Origin: Peribolospora baueri
Taxonomy: Eukaryota
Direction: 5' to 3'
DNA: 64,000 bases
Assembly (NCBI GenBank): GCA_029717555.1
Contig: JAMDHS010000056.1
Location: forward strand, 62,001 to 126,000
How positions within the stretch are numbered: the first letter of the stretch is position 1; each line of letters starts with the position of its first letter. The notes under the pieces are model-generated. The model saw only the letters and a list, made by a program, of their open reading frames with translations. It did no database searches and had not been told where the DNA came from. The position numbers were made by a program, and so were the translations under genes. Below are positions 12,833 to 25,600 of this stretch, one piece after another.

Positions 12833-14872
12833 CTATTGCTCGTCATCTGACCGCTCAAACTTGATCGAGCTGTTCGACGCCCAAGCCAGTCAGTCAGTCA
12901 GTTCGTCCATCCATTCGTCCGTCCACCAGCCAGCCGCAAACTCACTGGGTTCCCATATCGATCATTCCGCCCCTGTAGCTGCCCCTCTTCTTCTTGTTCT
13001 TCTCCTTCGTAAATCCTTTGCCCCGCGTCACGATCAAGTCCGCGTGCGCTCGGGAGCCGTACGAGTTGGTTGAGCCTCGCTGTTGGACGAGAAGGACGGG
13101 TGACGCATGAAGGAGCGGAGCGCGAAGTGGATACGAGGGGTGTGGTGACAATGAACCGGGAAAACGACGAGCAAAAAAAGAGAAATGAGCATTCTCCTAT
13201 GCTCCCGCCCACCCGCGCGAACGACGGGCGAGGAACGAACGAACGAACGAACGCACCTTGGAGTCAAAGCTCATGTCCTTGAGCCTTTCGTCGTCCCAAA
13301 CGATCTCCTCCGCCTTGACCCTCCTGAACGGCGTGTTCTGCTGCTTCTGCTTCCCCTTGTTGCCCGCCGACGTGCTCCCCGGAGTGCTTGTACCAGAAGG
13401 CGTGCCGCTCAGACCCGCTGGGCCCGTCTTGAGTCGCCCTTCTGCCCCGTTGGGCGTAGATGCGGCACCAGCACCGCCGACGGCCGCAACGGCGAGCGGA
13501 GTCGCCCCAGCGCCCGACATGACCGTCGTGCTCGTCATCCCCGTAGATACTGTAGGACTGTCGAGCTTTCGCTTCTTGTTGGAAGACTTGTGTGCCAGAG
13601 GCGTTTTCCTGTTCCTGTCATCGCTGATCAGCGAGGGACGGCGAGAGACAGTGAGAAAAGAACGAGGCAGTGAGAAATCGAACGCGGCCAGAGATGGAAA
13701 GTAAAGTAGAGCCAGCCACAGTGAAATGGCTACATACCTTGATGAGGACGACGAAGAGGAGGAGGAGGAGGAGGAGCTGCTGCTGCTGCTGTCCGAGTCG
13801 CTGTCGCTGTCACTGCTCTCGCTGCTGCTAGAGCTGGAACTGCTCTCGCTCTGCGCCTTGCGCTTCTTTCCTGCCAGGTTTCCGCTCGCTGGGGCGGAAG
13901 CCGCAGGAGTGGATCCAGGCGTATGTCGCTGTCCGCCAATCACTGCGTCCACCTCAGTCTTCGAGCCCACGCTGCTCGAGTCTCTGCCCGCTGTCACTGA
14001 TGATGAGCGGTTGGGTGTAGATGAGGAGGCCGAAGACGAAGAGGACGAAGAAGATGACGAAGACGACAAAGACGACGAGGACGAGGACGAAGACGAAGAT
14101 GACGAGGACGAAGACGAAGACGAAGACGACGAGGACGAGGACGACGAGGACAAGTCGCTAGAGCTGCTGGAAGAAGATTTGTCTTCAGAACCAGACTCCG
14201 ATCCGGATTCAGAGGAAGAGGAGCTCGACGAAGACGACGAAGACTCCTCGGAGGCCGGCGCATCGCCTTGAGCCTGGGATGTTGTGGTGGGCACTGTCAG
14301 AGCAGTCGTACCCTTTGCAGGTTTGGCATCAGATTCAGACTCGTCGGAACTTTCACTGTCCGAGGAAGAGGAACTGCAGGAAAATCGTTGTAGAGTTTAA
14401 GACGTTTGGCGTCAGCTCAGCGACGGCCGATACAAGGGATCCAGTGGAGAGGATATCGACAAGGACACTAACTCATCGCTTTTAGCGGCCTGCTCAGCCT
14501 TGGTCTGCGTAGTCCTCCATGCGGTGACGAGATGGACCAGCGTGGAGCCCTGTCCGGCTTCGAGCTTTTTGATGTGGTCGGGGCCCTCGGTATTCAAAAC
14601 TTCGTTGAACAGTGTTTCCGCGAGCTTGGTATACGATCGCGAGACGAGGAAAGCATAAATGAGCGAGTACGTGTCTGTCAAAACGAGCGATGAAAAAAGG
14701 TAAGGGGAATGAGTGAAGCTGTAAGTGACCGAAGCATGAGCTCTGCCCGGCTCGCCCCTCGCCCACCTGTGAGAGCTCGATCGGAAGCAGGGCCCGAGTG
14801 CAACACCTTGGGTTTCTCGTTTTCGTAGCGAGAGCTGGAAGACGACGACGATGACGATGATGAGGAGCTCAT
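12833..14872 (-). CDS. SRP40: SRP40/Nopp140-like nucleolar phosphoprotein, about 6 exons
   Basis: LisH-like DTYSLIYAFLVSRSYTKLAETL; long acidic poly-Ser tracts; SRP40_C domain TPFRRVKAEE..DMSFDSK|RGSTNSYGSRAHADLIVTRGKGFTKEKNKKKRGSYRGGMIDMGTH|SIKF; stop TAG at 12833-12835. Confidence 0.93.
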
Positions 14873-15126
14873 GGTCGCTCAAACTCCTGTTGCTGTTCTG
14901 ACGGACGTCCTAGTAGACTTCCGCTGTGCTGCTTCCCTTTTCCGACGGTAGCACAGCGAGGAAGAACGCTCTGGGGAAAACTGCGGCAAATTAACAATTG
15001 ACACGTGACTAGTTATCGCGGTAATCCCGCTCAGGCCCCCGTTGTCTGGAACAAGCGGGTGGGCGGGTTGAGAGCGATCAATGCCTAACATCAGCTCGAC
15101 ACTTCATCCCCCGCTTCGCCTCTTGA
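14873..15126. promoter_or_regulatory. Compact bidirectional promoter (SRP40/MED16) with a GTCACGTG E-box at 15002-15009
   Basis: Divergent ATGs flank a 254 bp interval. CACGTGAC matches the Cbf1/USF-type bHLH site; function is inferred. Confidence 0.5.
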
Positions 15127-18100
15127 ATGGCTTCAACTAAACGGCCTCGGTCTCCGGAGCAGAAGGGGCTGTCTCCAGGTACGAAGGACATCTCAAACGG
15201 CGCCGCAGCCAGCGACACGGTCGACGATCGCCGTGCAGGAGAGCCCGCATCGCCGGTGAGGAAGCGGCCTAGGACGACAAGCGAGGGCAAAGGCAAAGCA
15301 AAAGGGGAGGGCGATGGAGGGCCCAGAGACGGAAGATCCGAAGAGACAAGGGAACTGCGAGACTTCGTTATCGAGGCGCAGAGGAGCTGGAAGATGGCGG
15401 AATTGGAAGTGCTTGTGAACGAGTGGCAGGCCGGGAGGGGAAGGGCCCAGTGAGTGAATGCGTTCTTTCTCCCCATTCCCATTTCTTGTCTCGGACCTTC
15501 TCCGAGCCGGTACTTATTGTATCTGTGTGCTTACATGGATCTGGCCCCATTTTTGTTTTGACAGCACTGTTGCGTGGTCCCGGCACAATCTGATTGCCTA
15601 CTCGTCGCCCCAACCTCGGACTGCCTCTTCACCTTCTCTTCCATCTATAACCCTTTTCTCGATCCCTTCTTCACCCTTCCGGCCCCTCAAAACTGTCTCT
15701 CTGTTCCCTCCGCTTGGGTCGCCACCGCTGGACAGTGCGACGTATATTTCGTTTTCGCCGACCGGCTTGACGCTCGTCGCCTATTTTCCTCCACCTACGG
15801 ACGGCACATTCAGCGTTCAACGGACGGATGATTCGACCACATTGCCAGGCCTCGAGGACTTAGCGGGTGTAACTGGTTCGACGCCGTACGCGATGCAGAA
15901 TCTCACTGGGGCGCCCAGCAGCGGCATGGCAAGGACCAGCGGACCTGATGGTACCGGCGCCTCAGGCGGTTTGCTGTGCATCTGGTCTTGCGGCTCCTCG
16001 GGCTGTATGAACGATTGGATCCTTCGGCAGTCAGTCTCTGTAGCACCTCTGGACGAGGTCGGGGTAGACCTAGCGGGCGTCAGTGGTGGCCAGAGAGTAG
16101 GGCTTGGACTAGGGCTGGATCACATGCCTGGGACATCGAGCACTTCACAGAGGAAGATTGGCGGTGCTGTGAAGGAGCTAGTTTGGTTGGGGAGCGGGAG
16201 GCAGGTGAGTTCCACGCCGTACCTCCTCCATCGTTATGCAGACCCACTGACATTTTCGTCGTGTTAGTGGTATGCCGCACCGCGCCCTACAGACAAATCA
16301 GCAGTCAGCGGCGCTCCGTCTTTCGTGCGCGCCCCTGTTCAAGGCCCACAATTTTACGGTGGTCCGCACTCGGCAGAGGCGTTTATTGTTTTGGACGAAG
16401 CAGCAGGACTCCATCTTTTCATAACTCAGGCACCGCGCTCCCCCACCGTGCCTTTTCAGATTGCACACACCACCCTTTTGTCGCCGTCGTTCAGCGGTTC
16501 GAAGCCCTCGACGTCAGGCTGTTCCGCACCTGGAGGGCTCAAAGTAACGCATTCTGCGATCGGCTTTGTGGGCGATGGTCAGTTCACCTCTCTGTCTTCT
16601 TCCACAGACGATAGGAATGGCTTCTCACGCGCGTTTATTTATATGTTCCTTCAGAGCCCAACATATTGGTAGCAAGCCGACTCACAGCACGTGCGAAGCG
16701 TCTAGAGCGATCACTCTCTTCCTTAGAGCCATTTCCTAGCACCGCTGTCGACCCGCTGGGATTTGGCGCCGACCTCGGCGCGGGGCCCGATTCCGGTGCC
16801 TCAATTGGTGGAACCGGTCAGGGAAGTGAATTAACCGACTCAGCCGCTCAGATATTCGACAAAATGGTAGCTTCAGCGGCTGATGAGGACCGAATAGAGT
16901 TGACGGAGGTGAACGTGCAGCTTGATGGGGAGGCAAGCAGTGAGTTTTTCCCATTTGGCTAGCTGTGCGAAGAACTTTGTTGCTCATTCATCTGCCCATC
17001 TGATTCAGCTCTCTCTGCGCGGCCGCTTCCGCCAATCTACCTTACGACCGCATCGTACCCTCCATCTCCGAGCCCCTCGGCGACGGACAGCCAACATGTT
17101 CTCGCGAATGCCCCGACCCACCTGGTGTTCCTTCCCGTACATTCGAACTCAAGTACTTCTTTGCAAAGCAACGGACCCACAGCCCGATTAGCGGCCGTTT
17201 TCCCTTTTGCTGCCGCAGATCCATCGGCAATGGGCGACTCGGTCGTCCGTACGTGGGAACTGACCAGACGCCCTAGAGAGATATCGGACGTGTTCGCTCA
17301 GCTCGAATGTAAGAAGGCGGACGTGGGCAGTGGTCCTAACGATTGGGTGAGTTGTCAAAAACCAGTTTTTCGGTTTAACGAAGGATCTGCTACTCATGCA
17401 AGCATCTCGCGTCGTGAATCTGACCTCCATAGACACATCGAGAATTGCCTCTCTGCCGACTTCAAGGCGAAGTAGTGACTTCGCTCTGCTCAGAGGACTC
17501 TCCGACCCCATTTACAGTTGTCCTCGGCTCGTTCAAGCTGGGAGAAAGCGGGCGCATCAGCGAGTCTTTGCGGGTGGTAGATCCGTGAGTTGGACCACGT
17601 TTCAGGCTTTCAAGTCTAGGCGAGTATGGATGAGAGGAGTGAAGGAAGGTTTCGCTTTTTACAGGACATCTTTTGAGGCCCTTTCAATGTTTGAGCCTGT
17701 CTATGTCCCGTCCAAGGTGTCCCACTCTTCAGGTGCAGTGCTCTTTGTCTCTCCTCGTGCGCAACTTTGCAGCTGAATTCCGCCCCATTCTTCTTCCTCT
17801 AACTTGGTCTTCACAGACCTCGCCGTCTCTCCGAACCGTTCTCTTGCCTGTTCATCGCCCTCCACACATTTTCCGCGTGTGACTTTTTTGCCTTATTTCC
17901 GATCCAAGCCAAGCGACGGTGGGTGATTCCCCCTTTTTTCCGGCTTACTTTTAATTCTTTCACCTCCATCTGCACCTATTGATTATTCGATTGGGCTCAA
18001 ACAGACGTCAAACCTTTGGCGCACGTGGAACACCAACTGGGTCTTGATCTCGTCCTTTCCATGCTTCGCGACAACAATGGCGTCGATGTCGTGAGGAGGG

Positions 18101-19458
18101 CAGTTGGCCTTGACAGGGGTGAGGAGCGGGTAAAAGAGGATTTTGCGAAGGATGGGTTTCTCCGTTTGACTAATCTTAAAACACTGATGCGTTCAGATGC
18201 TCTTGTTCGAGTCCTTCGGGCCACTTGGGAAGCGGCACATGCGCAATTGCATGGCAAGTCGGACCCGCGTTTGATTTTAGAGCTGCTTCGCTTGCAGTTT
18301 GCTATGTTTCGGTATGTAATCTCCGTGTTCGGGTGCTTTATAACTCAATGTATTAGCGAGTTGACCTTCATATTGGATTTCGTAAACCTAGGGCAACGGA
18401 GCCGAAATTCGAGGCTCGCCAGGTTAACGACTTGCAGCTGCTGCTGGAGCTCATTATAGCCGACCGAGCGTTCAATTCCTGTCAAGCACCTGCAACAGAG
18501 GCGAAGATGGCCGGCATGGCTTTCAAGCAGGGTGAGGACAAGTTTTTGTCCCAGTGTCGTTTGATCGTGGTTCCGGTCCTGATGGCGGCGCTGATATGCT
18601 TCGCCAACTTGAAGACATCGTATGGCCCCTTATTGGCTACACGAGCTGGCTCCTTTATACGTTCGGGGATCTCGTGCGTAGTGCGAGCTTGGAACGAGCA
18701 CGGAGAGATTTTCAAATCGATTCTGGAGCAGTGGCCGTTCCCGATGGTCTCTTCCTCCTCCTACACCCTTTTTCGCGCCAAGTCATTCACAAGTTGGTCA
18801 ATAAGGCACTCAGTTTTCGATCTTTTATCAACGAGCCCAATCCTGTCCTGTCCGGGAGTGCCAAAGTGACCTTTGACGTTGCGAGGGACGTGGTGCGGAA
18901 TTTGTTCGTGGAGGCGGCGATCGACTTGGAGGAGATGAAGAAGATGCTTGACGAGACAGCAAGGGACGTCGATGGAGCGTGGAAAGGTGAGCCAACGAGG
19001 ACTGCTGGATCCCTAGCGCGCAATTAGACATATGATAGATCGCCTCATTCTTCTGCTGTATCACGACACTGGACGTTTCAACAGGCCTGCAGCCTCGGAC
19101 GGCAGTCCGCGATGCGCTTATCGACCTGTCCCTCCCCGAACCCGTCTTACCGCTCGCGACCCGGCTGCTAGAAGAACTTGCCACTCGGCCAGGTTTGGCT
19201 GACCGCCTGTCCTTGTTCATGCCCACGAATGGCGACGACACCGGGGACCCACTGCGGCAGCTGAAAGCACTTTCCAACACTATCGACGTAATCCGGAAGG
19301 CAAAGCTACCTCTCGGTTCGGCACCTGGTACAGTGAAGTGCTGTCTCCGGTGCGGAAGTTTGTCGTCTGTGGATCCGCTGCCCGGAGCTTTGCTGCCGCT
19401 AATAGAGCTTGCACACGAGCTTCACTGTGTATGTGGTGGACCGTGGTGGGCAGAATGA
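15127..19458 (+). CDS. MED16: Mediator subunit 16 (Med16/Sin4)-like, multi-exon
   Basis: VAWSRHNLIAY near the N-terminus, an internal DLAVSPN motif, and C-terminal DVIRK..KCCLRCGSLS..CVCGGPWWAE* typical of Med16. The exons I traced join in frame. Confidence 0.78.
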
Positions 19459-19625
19459 TGCGAATCCAGGCCAATGCGAATGGATACACGTGCCGGGAAA
19501 AACGAATATGGAGAAATGAGGGTATAACACGGTGTACGGTTACAAGGAAAGAAACGGCCTGCACCGTCGTCAAAGGGGCGGTGTCGGGCAAGTGACGAAA
19601 AGGAATGACTAAACACCAGCCAGCA

Positions 19626-22600
19626 TCAGGACGCCCGGTAGGCGGCGAGCTTAGCGCTCAAAGCCTCGGCCGTCGGAGGCTCCGTATCGCTTTGCGGTTT
19701 CTTTTCTCGTGGCGGACCTCCAGCGCCGTTGGCCGTGTAGTTGAACATCTTGTGTAGCTCTGCGAGCTTGCTGTCCGGCGCTACTGTCGGTCGGGGCGGC
19801 GTGGGGCGAACTTCGCCGCTTCCGGAAGATACTCGGCTACCAGTTACCGGACTGGCTGGTGGCACCTCCTCTGCAAACAAAAATAACGATTTGTCAGTCC
19901 AGTTCGTAGAATTTCAGTCTGCAAGAGAACTTACGGGCATCGGCCATATCGACGAGATGTTTCTCGTGTTCGTCCTCCGCAGCATGATTGGCTAGCGCCC
20001 GTTTGATATACCGTTGGAAGATCGGACCAGTCTCCTCCAGCTGGTAATTGATCCGGCCATTCATATGGGGATGTGCCTTCTGGAACTCGTACAGCTCCCG
20101 AATGGCCTGTTAGATAGGACGACAGAGTGACAGCATGAAAGCGGTCAGTTGGCGCAACGACATATTGACAAACAACGAGACATGAGCTCACCGGTCGAGA
20201 CTCGTTCTTGTTCGCAATCTTCTTGAAGATGGCAGACAGCTCAGCATGCAACTTGTCCTCGTCAGAGATAGTAGACTGTCTACGGTCTTTCGAGCGGGCA
20301 GCTGAGGTGCTAGCCGCATCCGATGCAGACGAAGGGCGACTGATGACGCCTTCTTCTGTTGGCCGGCCTTCCTCCGAGGGACTGGTTGGCTTTTGGGCCG
20401 CTACAGGCGCGTTGTCGTTCAAAAGGCGCATCAAATACGGGTAGATGAAGCTGTTCTCCGGGCTCTCAATGAGCTCGAGCTTGTCATATACGTCCTCGCC
20501 GAAGGCTTGCACGTAGTTGGTTAAAATGACCTTGACTGTTCGAAGAGGCAAGTCGCTGAGCGGCAGGTCGTCTTGTGCGCGGCGCTTCCACTCCGCCGGC
20601 GGGATCGCCGACAAAAAGATGTCCACGTCGACGAGAAGCTGGCAGGCGTCGATCGAGCCGTCCTCGAGCGATGTTGGCAGCCGCTTCGAGATCTTCCAGA
20701 GACATTTGACCACTAGCTCGGCGAACTTTGCTCGTTTGGGCAACGTTTCTTCCGAGAGCTCCCTCATGTCTTCCGTCGCCTCTCTCAACATGCTGAACAA
20801 TGCACTATGTGAAGAAACGTAGCGAGACGCACTTGCTCAGCACGAATCGCTTTCTGAGAAACCCACACGACGTATAGCATGACTTACCTGAACAGGTTAT
20901 TGAGGCTGCAGGCGTTGAAGCTTCGGAGAACTATAATGTTGAGGTACTTAGAGTACGTCTGCGCTTGTTCGTCGTCTGGTCGGAAAGATGCGTCGATCAA
21001 GCGGGTCAAATACTCCGTGAGAAGGTGAAGGAGGGCGGTAGAGGAGACACCAGAACCGAGAGCATGGTCGTCGACCTCGGCAGCGGGGTCGAAGAAGCTA
21101 TTGGCGGTCGAGATGAGGTGCTTGCAGAGTCGCTGGTAGCCCTTCGAGTTCGGCTCGCTCCCAAGGCCATCAAAGCCCTTGCGCGTTTGGATAGCCATAG
21201 CCTCGACAAACTGGTCGGCGTGGACCATGAGCGAAGAAGAGCGCTTCTCGATGTGCCTATCAATCCTTTTAAGGGCCTCAGAGCTCCGATTCGGGTCGTT
21301 GCTGAGGATCTCGTTGATGATCACATCCACCATCGGACCGGATGCCGATGCGGACTGGACGGCTTCGTCGACCGTACCTCGCCTCCGATGCAGATCTTCA
21401 TGCGCAGACGCCGAGTCGACAGTCGCTGCGTCGCTTCCCGCATGCGAAACGCCAGACATTGGACGTACCTGCTGGGCGGCGTGTTCATCCTCTCCGTCGT
21501 AGGCAGACGTGGTTGGGGAGCGCATTCGCGAGGCCGGCCTAGAGACCGGTCTGGACACTTCCGAACCACGTCTTGACCGCGGCTGGGATCGCGTTGGAGA
21601 AGATGGCGTCACTCGGCCATCTTGGGAGCCAAGGCTACCACGCGGGGAAGGAATGGTCGATTCGCGAGCCGGGCGGGGAAGACCAGGCAGCTTAGACTTT
21701 GGTGGTTGACCGGCAGCAGGAACGTGGACAGACGACGGCCGAGCGAGACGGGAAGGGATCGCTGATGATCGTCCGATCCTGGAAGGCGTCGCAATCGCTG
21801 AGGCTGCGATGCCAGATGCTGGACCTGCGAAGCGTGCGCTGGTCGCTCCTGGCGGTGACGGCGCTACGGGCGTGGAGCGTCCTGGGGTGGCCGACACTCG
21901 AGGCGAGGCGGCGACCTTTCCGAGCGGACCCTCCGTTCGCTTTAGCCTTTCCGTCAGCAGGCTCTTGTCCTTGTCCCCGAGCTTGCCGACTAGTCCCCAA
22001 ACATCATCACCAATAAGCTTGTAGCCTTCGCCGATCGTATTAAGCGCCGCAGTGCGCACGTTGGCGTCACGGTCCGCTATAAGCGCCGCAATCGTAGGGA
22101 ATGCCTTGGAAGGCGTGCAGACCTGCAAAGAGTTTTTGCGAATGAGAGAACCGAGCTCTTCCAGCGACTCGGCTCTGGTGCGAGCGTTCTTCGACGGGAG
22201 GCCAAGCTCCAAGAGATTCGCAAACATCCTGCTCGGGGGATAGACACGACAGAGAGATTTGAAAAGACCTCGGATCCGTACACGAAAGACCTCTTTCGGA
22301 TCGCCGGACTGATGGGAAGGTAAAGATGGAAATCATTCAGCAGGGCACTCCTTTCAGCACCCGACAACTGCCGGGACCTACCTTGGCGATCAGACACGGC
22401 AGGAAGCAGGTAGCCTCATATTCGGTGATGTGGTAGTCCTCCTCATCAAGCACGGCGATGAGGTGCTCGAGGAGATCCAAGCACTTGACCGTCATGCTCG
22501 TGTTGTTGTCGGCGAAGCGAAGGGCTATGTACTTGAAGATGAGATCGGCGTTGGCGACGAAACGCCCGTTAATCTCCACATTAGACATTCCGTACTCCTT

Positions 22601-25600
22601 CTCGGCGACTGATGGATTGACTATGCAGTCGTTGAGGGTGTTTAAGCCGGAGAGATAGTCCCGCTCGCGTTGGTGGTCTTTGCTGAACAGCAGAGTAACA
22701 AGGTCCGCGCTGCTGCAGGGCTCGAACTGTTGACGGAGGTGATCGGTCATGTCCGCCCGCGGCTTCTCCTCCGTTACCCAGGCAAATGCTCGCCCTTCCT
22801 TCGCTGCCCGGAATTGCTTGAATTTAGGGTCAGCGCTGACGAAAAGCGGCGACTTGTCTCCTGCTGGAGCGGCAACAGTGGGCGCAGCCGCTGCCGGAGG
22901 ACGAAGACCGACTCCCGGCCGTTTCAAACCAGGACCGCCGATCCGAGACTTCGGCAAACCTACGCCAGACGTCGACTCAGGTCCCGGACTGTCGGGTGGT
23001 CGAAGGGAGGACGTTGGCGCCTTCAAGGAACGTGCAACAGCTGACGGCGCCTTGAGGCCACCCGGTCGTGGCAAGCCGGGTTTTGCAATACCAGGCCCGG
23101 CAGGCTTTGGGGAGGGTGCTGAGGAGGATACCGCGGAGGACGTTGCACGAGCAACTGGTGCTGCCGCAGCGGCAGGAGCAATAGCAGCGCCGTTCGGCTT
23201 CATCGCAGCGGCAGCAGGTTTTGCGGCGTCAATCATCGGGATGACGGTAGCGCGAGATGCAGCCTTGAGACCAGAAGTCTGGTCGACGACGTGCTTGTAC
23301 CCAGCGTTGGCGATGATGGCAGGCAGCAAGGCTTGCGCGGCTTTGCGAACATCACCGGACTTGTCCTCGAGGCAGACGATGACGGGCCCAGCAAGGGGGG
23401 CGAGGTCGAGCGAGGGGTTGGGATGATGTTCCTCGAACCATCCGGCAAGCCAACTTAACAAGTCCTTGCGCAAGGCTGGGTTAGCGCCCTTGCCCTCGAG
23501 TCCGGTTGCGAAGGCGGTAACCATGGGGTCGACGCCGCATTGTTCCGCAATGGCGGCAATGGCGCTGATGCCGGCGGCACGGATGTGGGCCTTCTGGTCG
23601 GCCAGCACAGCGACGATGCCCGGAGTGAGGTTCTTGGCGTACTTCTCGAATGGTTTGTTCATTCCGATGGCAATTCGCGCGACGACGCCGAGCGCAAGCA
23701 CCTGGACCGCCTTGTTGCTGTCAGTCAAGCGTGACTTGAGTGGAACGGTCAACTCGGCTGCAACAAGCAAAGAAATGTGATCAATCGACAATCGGACACG
23801 ATCGAAACGCCAGTGTCTTTCCTGGAGAGGGTGCACGCTACTCACTCATATTCGGTTTGAGCCGTTTGTGGCTTTCCAAAGTTGCCTCAATCTCCTCCAA
23901 CGCCTCCTTGCGCTCCTTCCAATTGGCGTTGTTGAGCCGGCTCACTGTAGCGGACGACACCAGCTTATCGAGATCTTGTCGCGGGAACAGATTGTCCAGG
24001 GCATCACCTCCACCTCCACCGCCGCCTCCACCGCCAGCGCCCGCTTTCCCGCCTTTCCCACCCCCACTAGGCGCCGCGTTGTCAGCAGAAGTGCGTGTCG
24101 GCGTCGGCGCACTCTGACCCTCGACTTTGGCGAACTCGCTCTCAATGGTGGACAGCAGTTGCGGGTTGAGGTCGGTGATGAACGTCATGATATCCGAGCC
24201 GACAAGGAGCTTGAGCGTCACGAGGGTTTTGGTCGCATTGCTTCTCACAGCCGCGTTAGAGGACTTGAGGTTGGTCTTGAGGAACTCGATCAGGTCTCGT
24301 ATCGGCACACCGGTGATGCCAAACTCCCTGAGTGCTTGCTCGATCCAGAGCAGCGAGTCGGCTTGAACTTTCGGCGCTTTTTGCTTGCTCATCGGTTCGA
24401 AGGCTGGCCGAAGGTCGAAGGGGCGAGACATAATCTCAAGTCAGACGAAATGATCGATAGAGGCGCCAGTCTCACCACGATGTTCCTTACCTTGAATGAG
24501 CACGAAGCCGAGCGACGTCTTCTCGGCAAACACCATAAGTGTCTCTCCCGCTGCCTGCTTCAGCTTGAGATCACCGAGCTTGTCGCAGAGTGGCTGAACG
24601 GAGATGGCGATGGACGATTTGCCGAAGGTGGGACATTTCTGCGCGAGGATGCTGAGGACGTTGTACACTTTGGACAAGACCTATGAACGAGGGACGACAG
24701 TCACCAGATCAATAATCAGTTGCGAGAAAGAAAGGGAGGAGCGAAGAAAATACGATGGCGCGACTCACCTGGAAGTTGCTCTCCTTCCAGCCCGGCTTCT
24801 TGGCCAACGCTCTAACGATCACCTCACTCTCCACCACCTCCGCCTGACCGCCCTCAAGCCACAGCTCCAAAGCCTCCATCCCAGCCACACGCTCCTTCCA
24901 TGCCGAGCTGGCGAGCCCTGCCGTGATCTCGCTCGGAATCAGCTCGGCAGCCCGCGCCTCGGCATCCTCTTGCGAGAAGCGGTACTTCACCGGCTCGGAA
25001 GCTGAGGAGCCGCCTTTGGGAGGCGGCGGTGGCGGCTTTGCACCGCCACCCCCCGCTGGAACTTTCTTGGCCGCTGCTGACGGAGCGGCCGTGGTGGCTG
25101 CTGCAGGTTTCTCCCCCAGAAATTTCGCTGGTGGCTTCGCCCTTGGCTTGGAAGGTGCGGGTGAGGAAACGTCAAGGCTGTTTGGCGGGTTGTTCTCCTT
25201 ACCCACGACCTTCGCAGCCGGTGGGCCGGTGGTTGGTTTCTGCAAAAAGGCAGATATCGGGGAAATTCAGATGTCATTATGGTGTGAAACCAATGTCGAG
25301 CAACAAGGGTACTCTAAAACGCACCTTGACGACCTTCTTTACCGGTGCAGCAGCTGTTCGTGGAGCGCTGGCTGGCTTTTTAGGTGGGGCAGCGGCGGTG
25401 GGCTTGTACTTGACGACGGCCTTCTCGAACTGCTCCTTGACCTTTACTTTCTTGATATCGTCCAAGCCCTCTACGAACGGGGCGAGCTGCCTCTCCCCGA
25501 CGACCTTCATGAGGCATCCCAATCCCTCTGCTCCGGAATCTCGGACCGGTGCCGCACCATCGTCAATGGCGGCGAGGAGGGCATCAGCGACGGTCTTAAT

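Noticed and set aside
13726..14271. Poly-acidic 181-aa plus-strand ORF
   Set aside because: Antisense shadow of the SRP40 poly-Ser tracts.
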